From NCBI GenBank assembly GCA_021797795.1, contig JAJZZB010000005.1, forward strand, positions 4,514 to 68,513: a stretch of DNA of 64,000 bases, read 5' to 3'. Below the pieces are notes generated by a model, which ran no database searches, had not been told where the DNA came from, and saw nothing but the letters and a program-made list of their open reading frames with translations. Both the position numbers and the translations under genes were made by a program. Source of the stretch: Actinomycetes bacterium. Lineage in GTDB: Bacteria; Actinomycetota; Acidimicrobiia; Acidimicrobiales; Bog-793. Below are positions 9,133 through 17,992 of this stretch, piece after piece. Each line of letters starts with the position of its first letter. Position 1 is the first letter of the stretch.

Positions 9133-9969
9133 ATGAGGTTCGTCTCAGTCCGGTCGGGGGCGTCGCCGTACGCGGCGCTGCTCGAGGGCGAGGAGCTCGT
9201 CCCGCTCGGCTTCGAGGACGTCGGCGCCATGCTGAAGGCCGGCGGCGCACCCTCCTCGCCCCCGACCGGCGAGCCCGTGGCGTTCGGCGGGGCCGCCCTG
9301 GCGCCCGTGGTGCCGTCGCCGCCCCGCATCTTCTGCGTCGGCCTCAACTACCGGACCCACATCCTCGAGATGAAGCGGGAGTTGCCGGCGCATCCGACGC
9401 TGTTCGCCAAGTTCCCGGCCGCTCTCGTCGGACCGCGGGATGACATCTGCCTGCCGGCGGTCTCCGAGCGCGTCGACTGGGAGGCAGAGCTCGCCGTCAT
9501 CGTCGGCCGCTGCGGGCGCCATCTCACGAGGGACGAGGCGCGCGAGGCGATCGCCGGCTACAGCGTGATCAACGACGTAACGGCGCGCGACTTCCAGAAC
9601 CGGACGCTCCAGTGGCTGCAGGGCAAGACGTTCGAAGGCACCTGCCCGTTCGGCCCGGCTCTCGTCACACCCGACGAGATCGACGACGCACGCGACCTCG
9701 AGGTGACATGCGAGGTCGACGGTGAGGTCGTCCAGCGGGCCCGGACGAGCGACCTGCTGTTCGACCCGCCGACGCTCGTCGCCTACATCAGCCAGCTCAT
9801 GACGCTCGAACCGGGTGACGTGATCGCCACCGGGACGCCGGGTGGTGTCGGGGCCGGGATGGACCCGCCCCGGTTCCTGAAGGACGGCTCGGTCGTCCGG
9901 ACGAGAATCGAAGGGATCGGCGAGCTCGTGAACGTCTGCGTCGCCGAGCCGCCCCCCGAGCGGCCATGA
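9133..9969 (+). CDS. fumarylacetoacetate hydrolase (FAH) family protein, candidate fumaryl-/maleylpyruvate hydrolase
   Basis: ORF 9091..9969 trimmed to the ATG at 9133, after GAGGGAGG at 9113-9120. FAH-family blocks: IFCVGLNYRTH, VDWEAELAVIVG, INDVTARDFQ, GDVIATGTPGGVG. Confidence 0.75.
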   Translation: MRFVSVRSGASPYAALLEGEELVPLGFEDVGAMLKAGGAPSSPPTGEPVAFGGAALAPVVPSPPRIFCVGLNYRTHILEMKRELPAHPTLFAKFPAALVGPRDDICLPAVSERVDWEAELAVIVGRCGRHLTRDEAREAIAGYSVINDVTARDFQNRTLQWLQGKTFEGTCPFGPALVTPDEIDDARDLEVTCEVDGEVVQRARTSDLLFDPPTLVAYISQLMTLEPGDVIATGTPGGVGAGMDPPRFLKDGSVVRTRIEGIGELVNVCVAEPPPERP

Positions 9970-10508
9970 GTGGCCAAGCGGCATTCACTACCGCAGGGAT
10001 GACTGCGGTGGAGGTGGTGGCGGCGAACGAGGCGCTCGACCGGCTGCTGCTCGAGGAGCTCGGGCGCGCCGACCTCGCCCGAGCGCCCCGAAGCGGCGGC
10101 GAGTGGGTGGCGGTCGAGGTGGCGGCTCACCTGGCAGAGTTTCCGCACTTCTTCGCCGCCGAGATCGGGCGCTGGCGTGCGGACCCGGATGCCGTCGTCG
10201 GGCGTACCCACGACGACGAGAGCCGCCTGGCGGCGGTTGCCGCCGCCTGGTCGGACGACCCGTCCCGCATCCCGTCGAGGGTGGGCGAGGCGTTCTCGGC
10301 CCTTGCCGGCGCGCTCTGTCGGCTCTCCGACGGCGACATCGCGGCGGCAACCCGCAACATCAAGTATGGCGAGGAGCCGCTCAGCGCGTTCCTCGACCGC
10401 TACGTGGTCGGCCACAAGGCCGGCCATCTCGAGCAGCTGCGTGCGCTCGCCGCCGAGCGCGACCACCCACCACGAGGAGAGCCGGTGTCCGACGATGACG
10501 AACGCTGA
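9966..10508 (+). CDS. DinB/MDMPI-like protein (candidate thiol-dependent maleylpyruvate isomerase)
   Basis: 180-aa ORF; its start overlaps the FAH stop (ATGA). The segment GGEWVAVEVAAHLAEF... resembles the N-terminal DinB-fold of mycothiol-dependent maleylpyruvate isomerase family proteins. It is shorter than the characterised enzyme as I remember it. Confidence 0.4.
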   Translation: MSGQAAFTTAGMTAVEVVAANEALDRLLLEELGRADLARAPRSGGEWVAVEVAAHLAEFPHFFAAEIGRWRADPDAVVGRTHDDESRLAAVAAAWSDDPSRIPSRVGEAFSALAGALCRLSDGDIAAATRNIKYGEEPLSAFLDRYVVGHKAGHLEQLRALAAERDHPPRGEPVSDDDER

Positions 10509-12024
10509 CCCCGCCACCTACCCCACCACCTTCACGCCCTATGGCGACCGGCCGTCCGACCCGGAGCAGGTCGCCAAGCTCGCCGAGCTGGCGCGGGGGG
10601 GCACGACCCATGAGGACCTCCGGGACTGGTTGCAGCTGGTCGACTCGATCGGCGAGCTGCGCGTCCTCGAGGGCGTGGACTGGCAGGAGAACATCGGCCG
10701 GATCACCGAGATGCTCACCCACAGCGACCACGCCCCGGCGGTGCTCTTCGACGCCATTCCCGGTGCGCAGAAGGGCTTCCGCATCCTCGTGAACGCCCAG
10801 GCCGAGAGGAGCCGTCTCGCCGTCAGCCTCGGGCTCCCCTCGGACATCGGGACCTGGGAGCTCATGGACGAGTGGGAGCGCCGTCGCGACGAGACAGAGC
10901 CGGTCGCCCCGATGATGGTGGACGGCGGGCCCATCCTCGAGAACGTCCTCGAGGGCGACGACATCGACCTGCTCAAGTTCCCCACCCCCCTCTGGCACCC
11001 CCAGGATGGTGGTCGCTACATCGGGACAGGGGACGCCGTCCTCACCCGCGACCCCGAGGAGGGCTGGCTCAACATGGGGACGTACCGGGTGATGGTGCAC
11101 GACTCGACCAACGCGGCGATCTTCATGTCGCCGGGCAAGCACGGTCGCCTCCACCGGCAGAAGGCCTTCGAGCGCGGCGAGCCCTTGCCGGCCGTCGTGC
11201 TCGTCGGGCTCGACCCGCTGCTGTTCCTCGCGAGCGCCCTCGAGATGCCCTACGGCCAGTCCGAGCTCGAGTGGGTAGGCGGCATGCGCGGCCGGCCGGT
11301 CGAGTGCATCGCCGGCCGTCACACGGGCCTGCCCATCCCGGCCCGCGCCGAGATCGCCCTCGAGGGCTTCCTCATGCACGACGAGGAGCGGATGGAGGGG
11401 CCGTTCGGCGAGTGGACCGGCTACTACGCCTCGGCGAGCCGGGAGGAGCCGGTCTTCCGCCTGTCGGCCATCTACCACCGCAACGACCCGATCATCACCG
11501 GGGTCCCGCCCGAGAAGCCGCCGTACGAGGCCCACAAGTTCCGCCAGTACCTGAAGAGCGCCAACCTCCGGCGGGAAATGCGCCTCGCCGGCGTACCGGA
11601 CGTCACCGCCGCCTGGTGCCACGGCGTCGGCGGCTGCCAGCTCTTCACGGCGGTCTCGATCAAGCAGCGCTACCCGGGCCACGCCCGCCAGGCCGGTCAC
11701 ATCGCGGCCCAGTGCCGGACGGGTGCCTACCTCGGCCGCATCACCGTCGTCGTGGACGACGACATCGACGTCTCCGACCTCGACGAGGTCATCTGGGCGA
11801 TCTCCACGCGCTGTGACCCCGAGCGCTCCTTCGACATCATCCGCCGGGCCTGGAGCGGGCCGCTCGACCCGGCGATCGAGCCGGGCAAGAAGGGGTTCAA
11901 CTCCCGGGTCGTCATCGACGCGACCAAGCCGTACGAGTGGATCGACCAGTTCCCCGAGGCCATCGGGCCGACTCCCGAGGAGAAGGCCGTCACCCGACAG
12001 CGGTGGTCGTGGATCCTCAGGTGA
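10495..12024 (+). CDS. UbiD-family (prFMN-dependent) aromatic acid decarboxylase, copy 1
   Basis: ORF 10177..12024 trimmed to the ATG at 10495 (MTNADP...), a 14-nt overlap with the DinB-like gene. UbiD blocks: GGRYIGTGDAVLTRDPE, NMGTYR, EGPFGEWTGYY. Confidence 0.8.
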   Translation: MTNADPATYPTTFTPYGDRPSDPEQVAKLAELARGGTTHEDLRDWLQLVDSIGELRVLEGVDWQENIGRITEMLTHSDHAPAVLFDAIPGAQKGFRILVNAQAERSRLAVSLGLPSDIGTWELMDEWERRRDETEPVAPMMVDGGPILENVLEGDDIDLLKFPTPLWHPQDGGRYIGTGDAVLTRDPEEGWLNMGTYRVMVHDSTNAAIFMSPGKHGRLHRQKAFERGEPLPAVVLVGLDPLLFLASALEMPYGQSELEWVGGMRGRPVECIAGRHTGLPIPARAEIALEGFLMHDEERMEGPFGEWTGYYASASREEPVFRLSAIYHRNDPIITGVPPEKPPYEAHKFRQYLKSANLRREMRLAGVPDVTAAWCHGVGGCQLFTAVSIKQRYPGHARQAGHIAAQCRTGAYLGRITVVVDDDIDVSDLDEVIWAISTRCDPERSFDIIRRAWSGPLDPAIEPGKKGFNSRVVIDATKPYEWIDQFPEAIGPTPEEKAVTRQRWSWILR

Positions 12025-12593
12025 GCGACCCGGCGCCGCGCCGCCTCGTGGTCGGCATCACCGGCTCGAGCGGCCCTCAGCTCGGCGTGCGGCTGCTCGA
12101 GGTGCTCCAAGACCGGCGGGACGTCGAGACGCACCTCGTCCTCTCGGCCGGGAGCGCCGAGAGCCTCCGCCTCGAGATGGACCGCACCCCAGACTCCGTC
12201 GCCAAGCTGGCGGATACCTGCTACGACGTCCACGACCTCGCTGCCGCCGTCTCCTCCGGCTCGTTCGTCACGATGGGGATGGTCGTCATGCCGTGCTCGA
12301 TGCGGACCCTCGGGGCGGTCGCCGCCGGCGTGACGGGCGACCTCGTCTCGCGTGCTGCCGACGTCTGCCTGAAAGAGCGGCGGCGCCTCGTCCTCGTGCC
12401 CCGCGAGACGCCGCTCAACCTCATCCACCTCCGGAACATGGAGACGCTCACCCTGGCCGGTGCCACGATCCTGCCGCCGGTGCCGGCCTTCTACCATCGG
12501 CCCGAGACGATCAACGATCTCGTGGATCACGTCGTCGGCAAGGTGCTCGACCAATTCGGCATCGAGCACGACCTGTTCCGCCGCTGGCGCTAG
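12021..12593 (+). CDS. ubiX: UbiX-family flavin prenyltransferase
   Basis: ORF 11937..12593 trimmed to the GTG at 12021, which overlaps the UbiD stop (GTGA). Motifs: LVVGITGSSG, MVVMPCSMRTLGAVA, VLVPRETPL, PPVPAFYHRP. Confidence 0.85.
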   Translation: MSDPAPRRLVVGITGSSGPQLGVRLLEVLQDRRDVETHLVLSAGSAESLRLEMDRTPDSVAKLADTCYDVHDLAAAVSSGSFVTMGMVVMPCSMRTLGAVAAGVTGDLVSRAADVCLKERRRLVLVPRETPLNLIHLRNMETLTLAGATILPPVPAFYHRPETINDLVDHVVGKVLDQFGIEHDLFRRWR

Positions 12594-12614
12594 GCAAGGG
12601 GCCCCGCCATCCCC

Positions 12615-12644
12615 GGGCCCTCGGGTCCGTCTCCGAGGGGGCCC
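12615..12644. terminator. GC-rich hairpin between convergent ubiX and the IclR gene
   Basis: GGGCCCTCGG-GTCCGTCT-CCGAGGGGGCCC: 7 bp plus 3 bp of stem with a 2-nt bulge and an 8-nt loop. It lies 22 nt after the ubiX stop and could act in either direction. Confidence 0.35.
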
Positions 12645-12762
12645 CGACCGGTGATGCGTATGGGCCCGGTCCCGACCTCGAGATCCTCACCGTACGCGTC
12701 GACGTCGATCAGGTGCGGGCAAACGGACTGTCTCCGGCGAGCCGCCGACATCGGCTCCACAG

Positions 12763-13542
12763 TCACCCGGACGAACCATGCAGGTCGGCCGCGATGGCCT
12801 CGGCGGCCGCAGTGGCGGCGGTGGCGATCTCCGCCACGCGCCGGCTGTCGAGCCGGGCGGCCGGCGCCGATACTCCGATGGCAGCCACGACGTGTCCTCG
12901 GGCGTCGGTGATCGGCACCGCCACGGCCGAGAGGCCGACCGTGCTCTGCTCGAAGCTCGTGGCGTACCCGTTGCGCGCTATCTCGGCGAGCTCCTCGTCG
13001 AGCGTCGTCCGGTCGGTGGTGGACCGGTCCGTCAGCCCGGGCAGGCTCCCGCCCCCGAGCACGTCCTGGAGATGGCGGCGGTCGAGTGCCGCCAGCAGCA
13101 CCTTCCCCCCTGCCGTGCAGTGAGCCGGGAGAACAGTCCCGGTCCTCGCGCTCACCCGGACCGCCTCGGGACCCTCGATCGAGTCGATGAAGCGGATGAG
13201 CGGGCCGTCGAGCACGATGAGGTTGACCGTCTCGCGGACCTCGGCCGTGAGCCGTTCGAGGTGGGGGCGCGCCGCACGCCGGACGTCGATGCCCTTCAGC
13301 GCGCCGAGTGCGATGTCGAGCAGCGCCGGCCCGGGCCGGTAGCGGCGGGTCGCCGGATCCTGCGAGACGAATCCCCGGGCCAGGAGGGTGACGAGCAGGC
13401 GGTGGACCGTGGACGGCGAGACGCCGAGCAGCTCCGCACCCTCTTTCACCGACAGGGTCGGATGATCGCCGAAGCTGCCGAGGAGGCGCAAGGCGCTATC
13501 GACCGATGCGACCGTACGGCTCCGTCGGTTGGTGACCTCCAC
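12763..13542 (-). CDS. IclR-family transcriptional regulator
   Basis: 259-aa ORF. N-terminal wHTH (SVKEGAELLGVSPSTVHRLLVTL) and an IclR effector domain. IclR regulators control gentisate genes in other Actinobacteria. Confidence 0.8.
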   Translation of the reverse strand: MEVTNRRSRTVASVDSALRLLGSFGDHPTLSVKEGAELLGVSPSTVHRLLVTLLARGFVSQDPATRRYRPGPALLDIALGALKGIDVRRAARPHLERLTAEVRETVNLIVLDGPLIRFIDSIEGPEAVRVSARTGTVLPAHCTAGGKVLLAALDRRHLQDVLGGGSLPGLTDRSTTDRTTLDEELAEIARNGYATSFEQSTVGLSAVAVPITDARGHVVAAIGVSAPAARLDSRRVAEIATAATAAAEAIAADLHGSSG

Positions 13543-13697
13543 GGGAAGGGCAACCTACCGCGCCTGGGTCCGGTTCGAAAGCAGCGCGACCTCGGGACGC
13601 GGGAGAGGCGATCCGCCCGCCTGCCGCGGGCCAGGGTGCGAAAGAATCTCGAAGAACCTATTGACCGTATTGAAACTAGTCATTACCGTGGTTAGTA
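13543..13697. promoter_or_regulatory. AT-enriched divergent control region (IclR gene <-> GntR-led operon)
   Basis: 155-nt spacer. 13640-13700 is clearly less GC-rich (GAAAGAATCTCGAAGAACCTATTGACCGTATTGAAACTAGTCATTACCGTGGTTAGTAGTG). TTGACC at 13661; short inverted repeats TGAC..GTCA and ACC-GT-GGT. Confidence 0.35.
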
Positions 13698-14438
13698 GTG
13701 ACAACCTTCGACGGGAGCACGACGTTCGACGGCACCTTCACCACCCGTGCCGAGGAGGTGGCGAACCGCCTGGCGGCGCTCGCCGAAGGGTCGCCCGCAG
13801 CCACGAGGCTCGGCACGAAGGCGGAGCTGCGTGCCCGCTTCGGGGTCTCGAGTGCCACGATGAGCGAGGCGTTGCGGTTGCTGCAGGCTCGCGGGCTCGT
13901 GACCCTCCGCACCGGGCCGAGCGGCGGCGTCTTCACCGCCGAGCCGTCCGGACGGCTGCTGCTGAGCAACCTCCTCGTCGGCTTTCGCAGCGGGACGCTC
14001 ACGGTGAGGAACGTCCTCGAGAGCCGTGAGGCCCTCGAGCCCGCCATCGGCCAGCTCGCCGCCCGCCGGCGGAGCATCGACGACCTGAACCGCCTCGGCG
14101 AGGTGCTGGAGGCGATGCAGCGCCACCTCGGCGAGCCGGCCGCCTACCTACGGCTCAACTGGCAGCTGCACCGGGTGATCGCCGAGGCGACGGGAAACGA
14201 GGTGCTGAGTGGGCTGTACGGCTCGCTCGTCCGCTTCCTCGAGGAGGAGCTGACCCAGGCGCTGGCGGCGGCGAGCTTCGCCGAGCACCGCAGGGAGAAC
14301 TTCGACCTGCACGCCCGCCTCGTCCAGGCGATCCGCCGCCGGGAAGAGGGGGAGGCGGGCGCCCTCGCCGCCCACCACGCGCCTGCCAGCATGCTCGGCC
14401 AGGTCGGCGGCCGCGACGGCAAGGGGGCCCCGAGATGA
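13698..14438 (+). CDS. GntR/FadR-family transcriptional regulator
   Basis: 246-aa ORF with a GTG start. wHTH (LGTKAELRARFGVSSATMSEALRLLQARGLV) plus an FCD-type C-terminal domain. Its stop overlaps the next start (ATGA). Confidence 0.8.
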   Translation: MTTFDGSTTFDGTFTTRAEEVANRLAALAEGSPAATRLGTKAELRARFGVSSATMSEALRLLQARGLVTLRTGPSGGVFTAEPSGRLLLSNLLVGFRSGTLTVRNVLESREALEPAIGQLAARRRSIDDLNRLGEVLEAMQRHLGEPAAYLRLNWQLHRVIAEATGNEVLSGLYGSLVRFLEEELTQALAAASFAEHRRENFDLHARLVQAIRRREEGEAGALAAHHAPASMLGQVGGRDGKGAPR

Positions 14439-15232
14439 TGACCGACTCCGAGGTGGCGGAGATGGCGGGCGCCCTCGTGACCGCCCATGAGCGGCTCCGG
14501 CCCATCCACCCGGTCGTGGAGGCTCATCCGGAGGCGACGCTCGAGGACGCCTACGGCATCCAGCGCGCCCTCGTCGCCGGCCTCACGGCCAAGGGTGCCA
14601 AGTTGAAGGGTCGCAAGGTGGGGCTCACCTCCGCTGTGATGCAGCGGGCGTTCTCGGTGAGCGAGCCCGACTTCGGCTGCCTGCTCGACGTCATGTTCCA
14701 TCCCGACGGCGGCGGCATCGCCGCCGACCGGTTCATCGCCCCCCGGATCGAGCCTGAGGTCGCCTTCGTCCTCCGTCGGGAGCTGGCCGGTCCCGGCGTG
14801 ACGATGGCGGAGGCGATCGCGGCCGTCGACTTCGTCCTGCCGGCGCTCGAGATCATCGACAGCCGGATCATCGACTGGCGGATCAGCCTGGTCGACACGG
14901 TGGCCGACAACGCCTCCTCCGGCGGAGTGGTGCTCGGCGGCAGTCCGCGGCACCTCGACGGCCTCGACCTCCGACTTCTCGGGTGCAACGTCTGGCGCAA
15001 CGGGGCGCTCGCCGCCACCGGGGCGTCCGGTGCCGTCCTCGGTAACCCGCTCAACGCGCTCGTCTGGCTCGCCAACCGCCTGGCGACCTTCTCCGAGGGG
15101 ATCGAGGCGGGCGCGGTCGTGATGCCGGGCTCGTGCACGGCGGCGACGCCGGTGGTGCCAGGAGACGTCGTCTCGGCATCGTTCGCGGGGCTCGGCCAGG
15201 TGAGCGCCAGATTCGAAGGACGCGGGTCGTGA
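14435..15232 (+). CDS. 2-keto-4-pentenoate hydratase (MhpD/XylJ family)
   Basis: 265-aa ORF. Hydratase/decarboxylase family blocks: [37 protein letters not shown]. Confidence 0.7.
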   Translation: MMTDSEVAEMAGALVTAHERLRPIHPVVEAHPEATLEDAYGIQRALVAGLTAKGAKLKGRKVGLTSAVMQRAFSVSEPDFGCLLDVMFHPDGGGIAADRFIAPRIEPEVAFVLRRELAGPGVTMAEAIAAVDFVLPALEIIDSRIIDWRISLVDTVADNASSGGVVLGGSPRHLDGLDLRLLGCNVWRNGALAATGASGAVLGNPLNALVWLANRLATFSEGIEAGAVVMPGSCTAATPVVPGDVVSASFAGLGQVSARFEGRGS

Positions 15233-16137
15233 CGGGCGAGAAGGTGGTGGCCGCCATCGTCGGCACCGGAAACATCGGGTCTGACCTCATGGCGAAGCTG
15301 CGTCGGTCCGACCACGTCGATCTGCGGTACGTCGTCGGCATCGACCCGTCCTCCGACGGTCTGGCGAGAGCACGGCGCGAAGGGCTGGAAGCCTCCTCAG
15401 GTGGCGTCGCGTGGCTCCTCGATCGTGAGGAGCTCCCCGGGCTCGTCTTCGAGGCCACCTCGGCGCGGGCCCACCTCGCCAACGCGCCGCTCTACAAGGA
15501 GAGCGGGATCCAGGCGATCGACCTCACCCCGGCCGCCATCGGTCCCTATGTGGTGCCCGCCGTCAACCTCCCCGACGAGCTCGATGCCCCGAACCTCAAC
15601 CTCATCACCTGCGGCGGGCAGGCGACGATACCGATCGTCGCCGCCATCAGCGTCGTGACACCGGTCAGCTACGCCGAGATCGTCGCCTCGATCGCCTCCC
15701 GCTCGGCCGGGCCGGGCACGCGGGCGAACATCGACGAGTTCACCAAGACGACCGCCCACGGGCTCGAGCGCGTCGGAGGTGCCGCCCGGGGCAAGGCGAT
15801 CATCATCCTCAACCCGGCCGAGCCTCCGCTCGTCATGCGGGACACGGTGTTCTGCGCCCTCGAGGAGGGCGCCGACCGGGCCGCTGTCACCGAGTCCATC
15901 GTCGAGATGGTGGACAGGGTGCGACGCTTCGTGCCGGGCTACCGCCTGAAGGCGGACCCCCAGTTCGACGATCCCCGGCCCGAGTGGGATGGCCACCAGC
16001 GGGTGGGTGTCTTCCTCGAGGTGGAGGGGAGGGCCGACTACCTCCCGTCCTACGCCGGCAACCTCGACATCATGACGGCGGCTGCGGCCTGGGTCGGCGA
16101 AGAGCTGGCTCTGGCGCGGCTCGGGGCGGTGCGATGA
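15229..16137 (+). CDS. acetaldehyde dehydrogenase (acetylating)
   Basis: ORF 15133..16137 trimmed to the GTG at 15229 (GTGA overlap). [29 protein letters not shown] and a DmpF/MhpF-like C-terminus. Confidence 0.85.
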   Translation: MTGEKVVAAIVGTGNIGSDLMAKLRRSDHVDLRYVVGIDPSSDGLARARREGLEASSGGVAWLLDREELPGLVFEATSARAHLANAPLYKESGIQAIDLTPAAIGPYVVPAVNLPDELDAPNLNLITCGGQATIPIVAAISVVTPVSYAEIVASIASRSAGPGTRANIDEFTKTTAHGLERVGGAARGKAIIILNPAEPPLVMRDTVFCALEEGADRAAVTESIVEMVDRVRRFVPGYRLKADPQFDDPRPEWDGHQRVGVFLEVEGRADYLPSYAGNLDIMTAAAAWVGEELALARLGAVR

Positions 16138-17207
16138 CCGAGCACGCCGCGACCGGTGCGGCGCCGGTCCGGATCACCGACTCGACGCTTCGTGACGGCA
16201 GCCACGCCATGGCGCACCGCTTCTCGGTCGACCAGGTGCGGGCCACCGTCGCCGCCCTCGACGGCGCCGGCGTCCCGGTGCTCGAGGTGACCCACGGTGA
16301 CGGGCTCGGCGGCTCGTCGTTCAACTACGGCTTCTCGGCGGTAGCCGAGCTCGACCTCGTGGCCGTCGCCGCCGGAACGGCCGAGCGTGCCCGCATCGCC
16401 GTCCTCATGCTGCCGGGCCTGGGCACCGTCGAGGACCTCCGGCGGGCCGCTTCGGCCGGTGCCTCGATCGCCCGGATCGCCACGCACTGCACGGAGGCTG
16501 ACATCGCGATCCAGCACTTCGGGCTTGCCCGGAGCATGGGGCTCGAGACGGTCGGCTTCCTCATGCTCTCGCACATGCTCGATCCGGACGGCCTCGCCCG
16601 CCAGGCGCGGATCATGGTGGACGCCGGCGCCCAGTGCGTCTACGTCGTGGACTCGGCCGGTGCCCTCGTGCTGGAGGAGGTCACGGACCGGGTGTCGGCC
16701 CTCGTGGCCGAGATCGGCTCGGAGGGGGAGGTGGGCTTCCACGGCCACAACAACCTCGGGCTGGGTGTGGCCAACTCCGTGCTGGCCTATCGGGCCGGGG
16801 CCCGTCAGATCGACGGTGCCACCTGCTCGCTCGGGGCCGGCTCGGGAAACAGCGCCACGGAGTTGCTGACTGCGGTCTTCGACCGGCTCGGCGTGCCGAC
16901 CGGGATCGAGCTGTCGAAGGTGCTGGCAGCCGCCGACGAGGTGGTCCGCCCGTTCATGGAGCGTGAGCCGGTGGCGGATCGCAACGCCATCATCATGGGC
17001 CATGCCGGCGTCTACTCGAGCTTCCTCCTTCATGCCGAGCGCGCCGGTCGGCGCTACGACGTTCCTACCCACGAGGTGCTGGCCGAGGCCGGCCGTCGTC
17101 GCTACGTCGGTGGGCAGGAGGACATGCTCATCGACATCGCCATCGAGTTGTCGACCCGGGACAGCCCGGCTCGAGCCGGCTCTCCAGCCACAGGGGGTGA
17201 GCGGTGA
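16134..17207 (+). CDS. dmpG: 4-hydroxy-2-oxovalerate aldolase
   Basis: ORF 15984..17207 trimmed to the ATG at 16134 (ATGA overlap). [37 protein letters not shown]. Confidence 0.85.
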   Translation: MTEHAATGAAPVRITDSTLRDGSHAMAHRFSVDQVRATVAALDGAGVPVLEVTHGDGLGGSSFNYGFSAVAELDLVAVAAGTAERARIAVLMLPGLGTVEDLRRAASAGASIARIATHCTEADIAIQHFGLARSMGLETVGFLMLSHMLDPDGLARQARIMVDAGAQCVYVVDSAGALVLEEVTDRVSALVAEIGSEGEVGFHGHNNLGLGVANSVLAYRAGARQIDGATCSLGAGSGNSATELLTAVFDRLGVPTGIELSKVLAAADEVVRPFMEREPVADRNAIIMGHAGVYSSFLLHAERAGRRYDVPTHEVLAEAGRRRYVGGQEDMLIDIAIELSTRDSPARAGSPATGGER

Positions 17208-17992
17208 ATCTCGCAGGTGCCGCCGAGATGCTTCTCGATGCCGAGGCCAACGCGACGGCGCTCGAGCCCTTGAGCGACCAGTGGAAGGAGCTTGACGCCG
17301 AGGCGGCCATGGCGCTGCAACGCCTCACGCTCTCGCGCCGCCTCGCAAGGGGCGAGCGCCTGACCGGTCTCAAACTCGGGCTCACCTCGCGCGCCAAGCA
17401 GCAGCGGATGGGCATCGACCGCCCCATCACCGCCTTCCTCACCGACGCCATGGCGCTCCGCCTCGGCGAGCCGCTCGAGGCGCACCAGCTGGTCCATCCA
17501 CGGGCAGAGCCCGAGATCGTCTTCGAGATGGGCAGGCGGCTCTCGGGTCCGGGAGCCACGGCTCTCGAGGCGCTCGCGGCGGTGGCCGCCGTGCGTTGCG
17601 GGGTCGAGGTGATCGACAGCCGTTTCAAGGACTTCCGCTTCACCCTCCCCGACGTGGTGGCAGACAATGCCTCGGCGGCCCGGTACGTCCTTGGTCCGAT
17701 GAGGCGTGTCCCGGACTCGCTCGACCTCAGCCTCGAGGCCTGTCTTGTCGAGCTGAACGGCCGGGTCGTGGACTCGGCGACGGGCGCCGCCGTCCAGGGC
17801 CACCCCGCCGAGGCGCTCGCCGAGGCGGCGAACACCCTGGCGCGCGAGGGCGTCGCCATCGAGGCGGGGTGGGTCGTGCTCACCGGCGGGATGACCGACG
17901 CCGTCGAGCTCTCGCCCGGCTCGAGCCTCCGGGTGGACTTCACCAGCCTCGGCTCAATCCTGATCCAGACGATCGGGGGGGGTGCGAAGTGA
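17204..17992 (+). CDS. 4-oxalocrotonate decarboxylase / second hydratase-family paralog
   Basis: 262-aa ORF with a GTG start overlapping the aldolase stop (GTGA). Same fold family as 14435..15232 ([28 protein letters not shown]). Decarboxylase versus hydratase cannot be decided by eye. Confidence 0.6.
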   Translation: MNLAGAAEMLLDAEANATALEPLSDQWKELDAEAAMALQRLTLSRRLARGERLTGLKLGLTSRAKQQRMGIDRPITAFLTDAMALRLGEPLEAHQLVHPRAEPEIVFEMGRRLSGPGATALEALAAVAAVRCGVEVIDSRFKDFRFTLPDVVADNASAARYVLGPMRRVPDSLDLSLEACLVELNGRVVDSATGAAVQGHPAEALAEAANTLAREGVAIEAGWVVLTGGMTDAVELSPGSSLRVDFTSLGSILIQTIGGGAK

